Positions 42,001 through 51,122 are shown, numbered from the stretch's first letter. The stretch: DNA of 64,000 bases from a virus (IMGVR_UViG_3300033073_001753:4390-68389), one strand, 5' to 3'. Made by a program: numbers and translations. Notes: generated from the sequence alone by a model not told the origin.

Positions 42001-42115
42001 AAATGTAAATTTACATGATGAAAATTTAAATATTGTAGCTAAGGCTAATTTTGCTCAACCTATTGTAAAACGACAAAATGATAGATATAATTTTAGATTA
42101 AAGATGGATTTTTAA
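39020..42115 (+). CDS. Large tail/baseplate protein with a LamG-like domain, C-terminal paralog of 37625..38956
   Basis: TLNFWINP...WHNISINL...ITIGN (LamG-like); ends VYITNVNLHDENLNIVAKANFAQPIVKR...FRLKMDF. Confidence 0.6.
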   Translation: MSIINLKNINFNNESIRISPNRIFAYKNSSFTDNGSFFKKINEYNLNQIEKVNIDTNKSEFFYGLLSHNAIQQSNTQSAIREINNNTNNFINNGNFNETSGIFKIMSGNICGCEQNDTNCSQKLDLSKPTLGSILDENQKNIEIESRYFGIKRLQQEFKPFSPTLQKKKIIKEKLLKNISAISDSKLQQELNYGFYNYNCLNFFNIQPSKEILNSEELTSTDIKLIQENTHSCGLVYSNRKINNKNIFPNSKGEMTLNFWINPKRSNSTGYYYNPGCIINIPNVMSVYLIEKEETRNELQQAQEFYLLFQLESNSNTNQPRNIVLNKTFITNNTLKFNNWHNISINLYINKLKVYIDNVYDIFELNNNLNFTNNFDSIITIGNKLNYQNSSYQYNWNNTSNIRKFFFNQSTFKKQSLSQEDIYILQNSDIVEDLNTLNFLNTKLYENDVDLSTISDESFALNAELQGLIIFNENINRDKINDIATGKDYSLLNSEQLTFYLPCMYLAVNTERDAYITFGDTSRILTQSFINPYFSERVNGLEVNVENFLIDFAFKRKPFILGMSPIKYKDSFMKMNNTSNLYLKEKKKNIIIDFWKYHKNPNQVYNKTFSSDIPFIDTDYFNISNFLKNNLIYRNNFILPCDNGLNKINLQNYVNIKFSSEIYSEFYHFENLNFVNANSLFNKSKYVLKDDKFFEIPFIVNSLTDITNESNNSSINSGILYKNSNYRDADLTKFLLDNTSNTSLQKNCYSIDFDKNMVRNNSNIKLYEIMFDKIKNVKNEYRNNWSVPRLTMNSIFKNFDDEIKVVGNISEKTLNRTIKQYNNINSFTDVSSIQSYVDDFICSNYSIEGEVFETYSVLFDISNKLYSSRIRNNNLTLKDYDIAGTGGACEISLKDNGNGLIYRADCLTPHATWNYVGNIFYRDGLLNVLHPGLSSFGENNFICELKGDHKLFVYEVNIPVEKGDLNVSLNKTYQKLRPTDGLYDVDEEDFVYITNVNLHDENLNIVAKANFAQPIVKRQNDRYNFRLKMDF

Positions 42116-42118
42116 AAT

Positions 42119-42673
42119 ATGACAATTTGCATGGGACTTGATATATCAACGAATATTATAGGGGTATCATTATTTGATAATAATAAATTAGTTTATTTAA
42201 ATTACATTGATTTAAGAAAAATTGAATCATTATTTAAAAAAGCAGATTTTGTAAGAAATAGATTTGAAGAATTAAAAGAAAAATTCAATATATCAAAAAT
42301 ATCAATTGAAGAATCTGCACAATCTTTTCGAAAAGGTTTTTCTTCAGCACAGGTTTTATCTATTTTGTCAAGGTTTAACGGAGTTGTATCCCAGATATCA
42401 TATGAAGAATTTAACGTTGAGCCTATATATTATAATGTCTCAACAGCTCGCAAATCATTGGGGATAAAACTAGATAAATCTGGATCAATGGATACCAAGG
42501 AGCAAATATTAAATTGGGTAAAATCACAAGAAAGTGAAATAGATTGGCCTGTAAAAAATATTGTTAGAGGGAAAAATAAAGGTGATGTAAAATTTGAACC
42601 AGCTTGTTATGATATGGCAGACGCTTATGTCATTGGCAAGGCTGCAATTATAAATGAACGAAAAAACGATTAG
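42119..42673 (+). CDS. ruvC: RuvC-like Holliday junction resolvase
   Basis: MGLDIST..IG (catalytic D), ISIEES (catalytic E), DMADAYVIG (D-x-x-D): the RNase H/RuvC layout. Confidence 0.85.
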   Translation: MTICMGLDISTNIIGVSLFDNNKLVYLNYIDLRKIESLFKKADFVRNRFEELKEKFNISKISIEESAQSFRKGFSSAQVLSILSRFNGVVSQISYEEFNVEPIYYNVSTARKSLGIKLDKSGSMDTKEQILNWVKSQESEIDWPVKNIVRGKNKGDVKFEPACYDMADAYVIGKAAIINERKND

Positions 42674-43652
42674 TGAAAAATTAAATTTTATTAAAAGAGT
42701 CGTTACAAATTACAAAAATACAAAAGACTGCCCTGAAATTGCAATATGGTGTCCTTTTTGCAAAAATCCTAATAAAAATAAATTAAAAATGATTGTAAAT
42801 GTTGAAAAATATTTATTTCACTGTTTTGTTTGTAATAAAAAAGGAAAAAGTATATCTTTTTTAATTAAAAGTTTAAATGAAAAATATTATTCAGAATCTA
42901 AAAATTATTTTTCTGATAATCATATACAAATTAATGATGAATGGTCTGAATTTTTAAATTTAATTAATGAAGTTGAAGTAATAGAAGTCGAAGAAAAAGT
43001 AGAAATACCTGAAGGATTTTTATTATGTGCAACACAAACTAATTCAAAAGATCCGGATATTAGAGATGTTGTTAATTATGCAATTAATAGAGGATGTAAT
43101 CAACATAAAATGTGGTATTTAAGATTAGGTGTTAGTCAACATCCTAAATTTAGAAGATCATTAATTATACCTTCATTCGATGAAAATGGTGAAATTAATT
43201 ATTATACTTGCAGAAGAATTGATGCATTAACAACTGACATGTCAAAATATATTAATTGTCATGCAAGTAGAGTTAAAATAATATTTAATGAACTTAATAT
43301 TAATTGGAATAAACCTTTAACAATTGTAGAAGGTCCTTTAGATTTATTGAAAACAAATGATAATTCTACATGTTTATTAGGTAGTTCATTACCTAAAGAT
43401 AGTGCATTATTTAAAAAAATAGTAAAAAATAATACACCCGTGATATTAGCATTAGATCATGATGCATATAATAAATCATTGAAAATAGCTGAAGATTTAT
43501 TACAATATAATATTGACGTCAGTATAATTGATACTTCAAATTCAAAAGATGTTGGAGATATGTCGATTGAACAATTTAAAAATTTGTATAATAATTCTTG
43601 TAAACTAGATGAAAATATTTTATTATTAAATAAGATTTCTTTAATTAAATAA
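42654..43652 (+). CDS. dnaG: DNA primase (zinc finger plus TOPRIM; DnaG/gp61-like)
   Basis: WCPFC...HCFVC zinc ribbon; LIIPSFD.NG..NYY..R; IVEGPLD; LALDHDA; KDVGDM. Confidence 0.88.
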   Translation: MNEKTISEKLNFIKRVVTNYKNTKDCPEIAIWCPFCKNPNKNKLKMIVNVEKYLFHCFVCNKKGKSISFLIKSLNEKYYSESKNYFSDNHIQINDEWSEFLNLINEVEVIEVEEKVEIPEGFLLCATQTNSKDPDIRDVVNYAINRGCNQHKMWYLRLGVSQHPKFRRSLIIPSFDENGEINYYTCRRIDALTTDMSKYINCHASRVKIIFNELNINWNKPLTIVEGPLDLLKTNDNSTCLLGSSLPKDSALFKKIVKNNTPVILALDHDAYNKSLKIAEDLLQYNIDVSIIDTSNSKDVGDMSIEQFKNLYNNSCKLDENILLLNKISLIK

Positions 43653-43664
43653 GGTAAATAATAT

Positions 43665-46600
43665 ATGACTTTTAAGTGTATTCATATTTCGGATATTCAT
43701 TTTCGTGGCCTTAAAAGACATGATGAATATAGAACAATATTTGAAAATTTTTTCAATAAAGCTAAAGAATTAAATCCTAATATTATATTTGTAGGTGGTG
43801 ATATTGTTCATTCTAAGACACAAGGGATATCACCTGAGTTAATTGATATTCTAAGTTGGTGGTTTAAAGGATTAGCAGCAATTGCACCTACACATATTAT
43901 TTTAGGAAATCATGATGGTTTAATTCTAAATCAAAATCGTTTAGATGCAATTACACCAATTATTGAAGCTTTAAAAAATCCTAATTTATTTTTGTACAAA
44001 AAGAGTGGAGTTTATCCTACAGGTATAAAAGGATTTAATTGGTGTGTTTTTAGTTGTTTTGATCATGAAGGATGGAAGAATGTAACACCTGTTGAAAATG
44101 AAATAAATATTGCAACATTTCACGGTTCAGTATTAGGTAGTTTAACTGATTCTGATTGGGAATTAGAAGGTGAAGTTAATTTAAAGTTTTTTGAAAATTA
44201 TGAATTTGGCTTTTTAGGTGATATTCATAAGAAACAATATTTAGATTTAGAACAAAGAATTGCATATCCTGGATCAACAATTCAACAAAATTATGGTGAA
44301 GAGTTAGATAAAGGATTTCTATTTTGGGAAATAAATAGCAAATTTGATTATAAATCAACTTTCTATAAATTAGAAAATCCACATCCTTATATTACAATTC
44401 AGTGTGAAAATGTCGATCAAGTTATTGAAGATATTAAAAATTTTCCTAATTTTGGAAGATTTAGAATTAAATCCGAAGTTGCATTAAATCAAAATGAAAT
44501 TAAATTAATTACTTCTTTTTTAAAAGAAAAAAAGAAAGCAAAAGAAATAATTTTCAAAAATGATGGTATTGATCAAAGTATAAAACATATAGAAGAAACA
44601 AGAAAAAGTTTTAATATTTGGGATGAAGAATCTAGAATTTCAATGCTTAAGAACTATTTTAAAGAATCTTTGAATGAAGAACAATTTAATAAAATTTTAA
44701 AATTATTTAAAGAAGCATTAGATCATTTACCTGAAGATCAAAATAGAAAACCTACAAATTGGACATTAAAGTCATTAGAATTCAGTAATACTTTTAGTTA
44801 CGGAGAAGACAATTATATAAATTTTGATAATTTAAATGGAATTATTGGTATTTTTGGAAAGAATGCGGCAGGTAAGTCTTCAATTCCTGGAACTATTATG
44901 TATAATTTATATAATGGAACTGATCGTGGAAGTGTTAAAAATATTCATATCATTAATACACGTAAAGAAAAATGTGAAACAAAGTCAATTATTGAAGTAG
45001 ATAATCAAAAATATCAAATCGAGAGAAATACGAAGAAAATACCTATCAAAAAGAAAGTAAATGATTTTTATTCACCTACTGAACTTATTTTGCATAGATT
45101 ATCACCTTCTGGTGAATTAGTTAATGAAACAGATGAACAAAGACGTGAAACAGAAAAAGTTTTAAGAGAATTAATTGGAACATCGGATGAATTTTTAATG
45201 ACATCTTTTGCTTCTCAAGGTAATATTAATTCATTTATTAATGAAAAAAGTGGATCTAGAAAACATTATTTATCAAAATTCATGAACCTAGATATTTTTG
45301 AAGAATTAGGTAAAGTTGGTAAAGAAAATGTTTCACAATTAAAAGGTAAATTAAAAGCATATCAAGAAAAAGATTGGAAATCTTTAAAACAAAAGTCATT
45401 AAATGAAATAGATTTGAATCAAAATAAGATGAATAATCTTGAAATTGAATTAAATGATTTAAACAAAAAAGAAATTGAAACATTATTAATTTTAGAAAAT
45501 TTCAAAAATAAAAATTCAAATTTCGAAATTTTAAAAGAAATTGAAAATGATATTAATTCATTAAATAGATCATTAGAATCAATAAATTTAAATAAAACAA
45601 CAAATTTGAATGCATTATTAGAAATCGAAACAAAAATTGAAAAGTTTATTAAATTTTCTGAACAAGTGAATATTAATGAATTAAAAGCAGAAAAAGAAAG
45701 ATTAGGCAATTTAAAATCACAATTAATGATTATTATGTCACAAATTGAAGAAAATAAGAAAGACATTAAAAAGAAGAAAGATGCTCATAATTTGCTTAAT
45801 AGTGTACCTTGTGGAACTAATTTTCCAACATGTAGATTCATTAAGAATGCATATGAAGATTATCAGAATATAGGTGATTCAGAACAAATTCAACAACAAC
45901 TTTTAAATACATTTAATGAATTATCTTCAATTATTAAGGATATTGAACAAGCACAAATTCAGACAAAAATTGATAAATATGAAGAACATTTTCGAAAAAA
46001 TCATCAAAATATGTTGCAAAGAGATATGATTAAACAAAAAATTGAAAACTTTGAACAACAACTAATCAATGATGAAAAAAGAAAAAATGTTTCAATTGAA
46101 AAACTTAATACTTTAAAATCTAGTATTAATTCAAATGACATTGAAAATATGAATATCTATCAAAAAGAGTTAGAAATTACACAAAAGAATAAAAATCAAA
46201 TAACAACGAGTATTATTTCATTAAAAGGTCAAAATTCTTATTTGTTAAAATTAATTGAAAATTATGACAATGAAGAAAAAGTATATTTTGAAATATTAGA
46301 AGAATGGAAATTACATGAGAATTTTATTAATTGTGTATCAAAAAAAGGATTACCTGCAAAATTATTAAAAGAAATGTTACCTTCTTTGAACAAGGAAGTA
46401 AAGGATATTTTAGCAGGTGTAGTTGATTTTACAGTAGATATTGAAATAGACGATGACGACTTGGAAGTTTATTTAAATTACGGAGGAGATCAAAGACGTA
46501 TTATTGAATGTGCATCAGGAATGGAAAAAATGATTAGTTCATTGGCAATCAGAGTAGGATTAATCAATGTAAGTAATCTTCCTAAATCAAATATTTTCAT

Positions 46601-46787
46601 TATTGATGAAGGTTTTGGAGCTTTAGATGATACAAATATTGAATCTTGTGTAAGATTATTAGAAGGATTTAAAAAATATTTTAAAACAATATTGATTATA
46701 TCACACGTTGATGCAATTAAAGATATTGTTGAAGATACATTAAATATTGAAACAAACGGGAAAGATGCTTATGTTAGAGTTGAATAA
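43665..46787 (+). CDS. Single-chain Mre11/SbcD phosphoesterase-Rad50/SbcC ATPase (T4 gp47-gp46-like fusion)
   Basis: N-terminal HISDIH, GGDIVH, GNHD, FHG, GDIH, YPGS; then Walker A GKNAAGKSS, SFASQG (Q-loop), coiled coil, CGTNFPTC, signature ASGMEK, Walker B FIIDEGFGALD, H-loop ISH. No stop codon between the halves. Confidence 0.93.
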   Translation: MTFKCIHISDIHFRGLKRHDEYRTIFENFFNKAKELNPNIIFVGGDIVHSKTQGISPELIDILSWWFKGLAAIAPTHIILGNHDGLILNQNRLDAITPIIEALKNPNLFLYKKSGVYPTGIKGFNWCVFSCFDHEGWKNVTPVENEINIATFHGSVLGSLTDSDWELEGEVNLKFFENYEFGFLGDIHKKQYLDLEQRIAYPGSTIQQNYGEELDKGFLFWEINSKFDYKSTFYKLENPHPYITIQCENVDQVIEDIKNFPNFGRFRIKSEVALNQNEIKLITSFLKEKKKAKEIIFKNDGIDQSIKHIEETRKSFNIWDEESRISMLKNYFKESLNEEQFNKILKLFKEALDHLPEDQNRKPTNWTLKSLEFSNTFSYGEDNYINFDNLNGIIGIFGKNAAGKSSIPGTIMYNLYNGTDRGSVKNIHIINTRKEKCETKSIIEVDNQKYQIERNTKKIPIKKKVNDFYSPTELILHRLSPSGELVNETDEQRRETEKVLRELIGTSDEFLMTSFASQGNINSFINEKSGSRKHYLSKFMNLDIFEELGKVGKENVSQLKGKLKAYQEKDWKSLKQKSLNEIDLNQNKMNNLEIELNDLNKKEIETLLILENFKNKNSNFEILKEIENDINSLNRSLESINLNKTTNLNALLEIETKIEKFIKFSEQVNINELKAEKERLGNLKSQLMIIMSQIEENKKDIKKKKDAHNLLNSVPCGTNFPTCRFIKNAYEDYQNIGDSEQIQQQLLNTFNELSSIIKDIEQAQIQTKIDKYEEHFRKNHQNMLQRDMIKQKIENFEQQLINDEKRKNVSIEKLNTLKSSINSNDIENMNIYQKELEITQKNKNQITTSIISLKGQNSYLLKLIENYDNEEKVYFEILEEWKLHENFINCVSKKGLPAKLLKEMLPSLNKEVKDILAGVVDFTVDIEIDDDDLEVYLNYGGDQRRIIECASGMEKMISSLAIRVGLINVSNLPKSNIFIIDEGFGALDDTNIESCVRLLEGFKKYFKTILIISHVDAIKDIVEDTLNIETNGKDAYVRVE

Positions 46788-47010
46788 AAAATGGAATAGA
46801 GTTGATAATAATACTGAAGATTATGAGACTAGTGAATTTAGATTTATTAGACCTGTCAATGACAATATAACACCTATTGAATGTCCAGAATGCTCAGGTT
46901 TATTCCGGAATATAGAAGATATAGAATCATATAAATTAAATAAAATGTGCTCAGATTGTTATCAGGATAATTATCATAAAATAAATAAAAACAAAATTGA
47001 TAATAATTAA
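46771..47010 (+). CDS. Small zinc-ribbon protein
   Basis: CPEC...CSDC; overlaps the end of the SbcDC gene; start uncertain (ATG 46765 or 46771; the track's 46747 is TTG). Confidence 0.55.
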   Translation: MLELNKKWNRVDNNTEDYETSEFRFIRPVNDNITPIECPECSGLFRNIEDIESYKLNKMCSDCYQDNYHKINKNKIDNN

Positions 47011-47033
47011 ATAATAATTAGAAGAGGTTTTAT

Positions 47034-47405
47034 ATGAATATATTACAGGCAAATGCATTAGGTCCATTAATTGACAATGTTTTTCATAATACTAGTAATG
47101 GTACAAAAAAAGTTACAGCAAAATTGATGGGAAATAATTTGGTATTAAGTTATCAAACAATTATTAATTTTTCTAGGGAAGAAGGATTACATTTACAATC
47201 ATCACAATGCAGAGTAGAAGGTAGTTCATTAATTAATGATAGAATGAAATTAATTAAACAAGGTTTTAAAGAAGCAACAGGTAAAGCTTTAAAATTGACA
47301 AAATCATCTGAAAATGATTTATTTGAAACAATTACTACAAATCCTTATTCACATAGAAGAATTATTAAATATATTTTAAATGTACAATTTGAAATAATGG
47401 AATAA
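47034..47405 (+). CDS. Hypothetical protein immediately upstream of TerL
   Basis: AGAGG RBS; 123 aa; 3 nt before the TerL ATG. Confidence 0.6.
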   Translation: MNILQANALGPLIDNVFHNTSNGTKKVTAKLMGNNLVLSYQTIINFSREEGLHLQSSQCRVEGSSLINDRMKLIKQGFKEATGKALKLTKSSENDLFETITTNPYSHRRIIKYILNVQFEIME

Positions 47406-47408
47406 AAA

Positions 47409-49040
47409 ATGACCGCTGTCTCAACAAGGCAACAACAAATAGCTGAGATCGTTAAGTGTGGTAAAGATCCAGTTTATTTTATTAATAAATATTTAAAAAT
47501 AGAACACCCTACTAAAGGTTTATTGCCTTTTGATACATATCCATTTCAAGATAGATGTATTAATGATTTTAATGAACATCGTTTCAATATTATTTTGAAA
47601 AGTAGACAATTAGGTATATCAACAATTACTGCAGCATATTCAATTTGGTTGGCTTTATTTTATAAACAAAAAAATATATTAGTAATTGCTACAAAAATGG
47701 CTGTTGCACAAAACTTTGTGAAGAAGGTTAAAGTTGCAATTCAAAATTTACCTCCTTGGTTAATATTATCAAAAATGGTTGCTAATAATAAACAACAGGT
47801 TGTATTTGAAAATGGTTCATCTATTAAAGCAATTCCTACTTCAGAAGATGCAGGTCGTTCTGAAGCTTTGTCACTTTTAATTATTGATGAAGCTGCATTT
47901 ATTAGAAACTTTGATGAAATCTGGACAGGTCTATATCCTACACTATCTACTGGTGGTCGTGCTGTTATCTTATCAACACCTAATGGTGTGGGTGGTCAAT
48001 ATTACGATTTATGGATGGGTGCAGAACAGAAGACAAATGAGTTTAATGCTATTAAATTAAGTTGGGATGTGCATCCTGAAAGAGATATGACATGGTTTGA
48101 AAATGAAACTAAGAACATGTCAGAAAAGCAAATTGCACAAGAATTATTATGTGACTTTGCTGCATCAGGTGAAACATTTTTGCAAAACGAAGAGATAAAT
48201 TTTGTTAGAAATATGACAAAATCACCTTTGGAAATGACTGGACCTGAAGGTGATGTATGGGTTTGGAGATATCCACGAGAAGGACATAGCTATGTTTTAT
48301 CTGCTGATGTTTCACGTGGAGATGGTGGAGATTATAGTGTATTTCATATCTTTAATACTACAACAAAATCAGTTGAAGTTGAATATAGAGGAAAACTTGC
48401 ACCTGATAGATTCGCTCAATTAATATATGAATGGGCTAGAAAGTACAATAAAGCTTTAGTTTGTCCTGAAAATAATACCTATGGTTATGTTGTATTAATT
48501 AAATTAAATGACTTAGGATATCAGAACATATATTTTGAAAATGATCGTTTAAAGTATGAATATTTATATGCTTTAGATAAATCTGAATTAGTTGCAAAAG
48601 GTGGTTTTTCTACACAGACAAATAGCAGAAATAAAATATTAACAAATTTTGAAGAAGCAATGAGAAATAAAAGAGTAGAAATTAATTCTATTAGATTTTT
48701 TGATGAGCTTAAAACATTTGTATGGTTAGGAAATAAACCGTCAGCAATGAAAGGAAGTAATGATGATACGATTATGTCATTTGCGATTGGATTATGGATT
48801 ACTGACAAGTATAGTGCAAATTTAAATTCAGGAGAATCAACAATCTCAAATGAAATAATTAAAGCAATGAAAGTTAATACAACAAATGCAGCAGATTCAG
48901 TAATTAGTCCATGGTATAATAATAAGTTTATGAACAACTTTAATCCTTTTCTTCCTGTAGTTACTACTGATAGTATTATTGATTCACCTAATGCAAATAA
49001 AAACAAAGCAATTGGTGATTTTTCCTGGGTGATTAAATAA
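47409..49040 (+). CDS. terL: Terminase large subunit (T4 gp17-like)
   Basis: YPFQ (Q motif), ILKSRQLGIST (Walker A), LIIDEAAF (Walker B), ILSTPNG, ADVSRGDG.D (nuclease), NDDTIMSFAI. Confidence 0.96.
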   Translation: MTAVSTRQQQIAEIVKCGKDPVYFINKYLKIEHPTKGLLPFDTYPFQDRCINDFNEHRFNIILKSRQLGISTITAAYSIWLALFYKQKNILVIATKMAVAQNFVKKVKVAIQNLPPWLILSKMVANNKQQVVFENGSSIKAIPTSEDAGRSEALSLLIIDEAAFIRNFDEIWTGLYPTLSTGGRAVILSTPNGVGGQYYDLWMGAEQKTNEFNAIKLSWDVHPERDMTWFENETKNMSEKQIAQELLCDFAASGETFLQNEEINFVRNMTKSPLEMTGPEGDVWVWRYPREGHSYVLSADVSRGDGGDYSVFHIFNTTTKSVEVEYRGKLAPDRFAQLIYEWARKYNKALVCPENNTYGYVVLIKLNDLGYQNIYFENDRLKYEYLYALDKSELVAKGGFSTQTNSRNKILTNFEEAMRNKRVEINSIRFFDELKTFVWLGNKPSAMKGSNDDTIMSFAIGLWITDKYSANLNSGESTISNEIIKAMKVNTTNAADSVISPWYNNKFMNNFNPFLPVVTTDSIIDSPNANKNKAIGDFSWVIK

Positions 49041-49106
49041 ATTAATTTAAAAGAGATAAATAAAAAATATAATTTATTTAATAAAAATTAATAGAGATAA
49101 CGAATA

Positions 49107-51122
49107 ATGTCTGAGAATGAAAGTTTATTTAAAAAACTGACCGATTTATTTCGATCAGGCCCTAGAATTAGAAGAAAAGTAAAATCATATCAAAATAAAG
49201 CACCTGGTAGTCCTTCAAGTTTAGATATATTTAGAAAAGCACATAGTGATGTTTATAATTCAACAATTTCTGCTTATGGTTCATATGATCGTATGGCCAG
49301 ATATTCAGACTTTAGTGAAATGGATTCAACTCCTGAAATTTGTAGTGCTTTAGACATTTATGCAGAAGAAACTGTTTCACCTGATGCTGATGGAGGTGTT
49401 ATTCATATACATTCTGAAAATAGAAAGATTAAACAAATTTTAGATAATCTTTTCTATGATACATTAAATATTGAATTTAATTTAGTAATGTGGGTTAGGA
49501 ATTTATGTAAATATGGAGATTTCTTTCTATTCAATGACGTTTCACCTGATTATGGTGTAATTAATGTTTTTCCTATCCCTATTGCAGAAATTGAACGTGA
49601 AGAAGGATTTGATCCAGAAGATCCAGGCTCAGTTAGATTTAGATGGATTACACAAGGAAATAGAATTCTAGAAAACTGGCAGATTTCACATTTTAGATTA
49701 TTAGGTAATGATGCATTTCTTCCATATGGATCATCAGTATTAGAAGGTGCTCGTAGAATTTGGCGTCAATTAATTTTAATTGAAGATGCAATGCTTGTTT
49801 ATCGTGTAATTCGTGCACCTGAAAGACGTGTTTTTTATATTGATGTTGGTAATATTCCTCCGGAAAATGTTGGTGACTATTTACAACAAGCACAAACAGC
49901 TCTTAAAAGAAATGCAGTTGTAGATAAAACAACAGGTAAAGTAGATTTAAGATATAATCCATTGTCAGTTGATGAAGATTATTTCTTGCCTGTTCGTGGA
50001 GGTGATACTGGTACAAAAATTGATACATTAGCAGGTGGTCAAAATACATCAGCAATTGAAGATGTTGAATATATTCAAAAGAAACTATTTTCTGCACTTA
50101 AAGTACCAAAAGCTTATTTAGGTTATGATGAAGAAATTGGTGCAAAAGCTACATTGGCACAAGAAGATATTCGTTTTAGTAGAACAATTCAACGCATTCA
50201 AAAGACAGTTATTTCTGAATTAAATAAAATTGCAATGATTCATCTTTATTCACATGGTTATACCAGTGATGATTTATTAGATTTTGAACTTAAATTATCT
50301 AATCCAAGCAGTATTGCTCAGCAACAAAAATTAGAATTAATTCGTACAAAATTTGAAATTGCAGGTGCTGTTCCTGAAGGTTTAGTTGACAAAGAGTGGA
50401 TTCGTAAAAATATTATGGAATTTGACGATAATGAAATTGCTAGAATAGAAAAAGGTAAGATTAGAGATAAAATTGCAGATATGAAGTTAGAAGCAATTCA
50501 GTTAGACAAGGAAGAAGGTGGTGAACAAGGTGGTCCTGGTGGTGAAGGAGATCTATTTGGTGGTGGTCCTGGTGGAGGTGGTGGAATGGACTTGTTTGGT
50601 GGAGGAGGAGCTCCAGGAGGCGGAGGTGAAGCAGGTCCTCCAGGAGGTGGTGAAGGAGGTGGAGGAGGAATGGAAGATCTATTTGCAGGTGATATGAAAT
50701 TAGGTGATATTTTAGGTGAAGATGATGAATATGAAGATGATGATTTATTATTCGATGAAGATTTATTGGATGAAAAAAGCAAAAAGAAAAAATATAGTAA
50801 AATTAAACCTAATTCAAGACCAAAAAAAAAGAATTCAATGACTCCAAGAGATGATTATAATCCAGCAAGCAAATCATGGTCAGGATTAGGTGATCTTAAA
50901 TCTGCAAATCTTTTAGGTGGTGAAAGAGGAATTATGGGTGGAGCAATACCTTCTGCAAAAGATTTACAATTGCAAGCAGATGGAAAAGGTTATAATGAAT
51001 TTCAAATGAATAAAATTTTTAATACAATGAATAAATCATTTGGAAGAACACCTGTAATGAAAAAAGATTTATTAAAAGAAGATACTGAAATTATAATTAT
51101 TGATCAAGATGATGAGGTTTAA
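49107..51122 (+). CDS. Portal protein (T4 gp20-like) with a long low-complexity C-terminal tail
   Basis: RYSDFSEMD..PEICSALDIYAEE; RNLCKYGDFF; LIEDAMLVYRVIRAPERRVFYIDVGN; EDYFLPVRG; LKVPKAYL; EDIRFSRTIQRIQ. Confidence 0.96.
   Translation: MSENESLFKKLTDLFRSGPRIRRKVKSYQNKAPGSPSSLDIFRKAHSDVYNSTISAYGSYDRMARYSDFSEMDSTPEICSALDIYAEETVSPDADGGVIHIHSENRKIKQILDNLFYDTLNIEFNLVMWVRNLCKYGDFFLFNDVSPDYGVINVFPIPIAEIEREEGFDPEDPGSVRFRWITQGNRILENWQISHFRLLGNDAFLPYGSSVLEGARRIWRQLILIEDAMLVYRVIRAPERRVFYIDVGNIPPENVGDYLQQAQTALKRNAVVDKTTGKVDLRYNPLSVDEDYFLPVRGGDTGTKIDTLAGGQNTSAIEDVEYIQKKLFSALKVPKAYLGYDEEIGAKATLAQEDIRFSRTIQRIQKTVISELNKIAMIHLYSHGYTSDDLLDFELKLSNPSSIAQQQKLELIRTKFEIAGAVPEGLVDKEWIRKNIMEFDDNEIARIEKGKIRDKIADMKLEAIQLDKEEGGEQGGPGGEGDLFGGGPGGGGGMDLFGGGGAPGGGGEAGPPGGGEGGGGGMEDLFAGDMKLGDILGEDDEYEDDDLLFDEDLLDEKSKKKKYSKIKPNSRPKKKNSMTPRDDYNPASKSWSGLGDLKSANLLGGERGIMGGAIPSAKDLQLQADGKGYNEFQMNKIFNTMNKSFGRTPVMKKDLLKEDTEIIIIDQDDEV

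Noticed and set aside
42119-42673. RuvC-like gene as a TnpB/Cas12 or transposase
   Set aside because: At 184 aa it has only the resolvase catalytic layout: no zinc finger, HTH, flanking repeats, ncRNA gap or CRISPR array.
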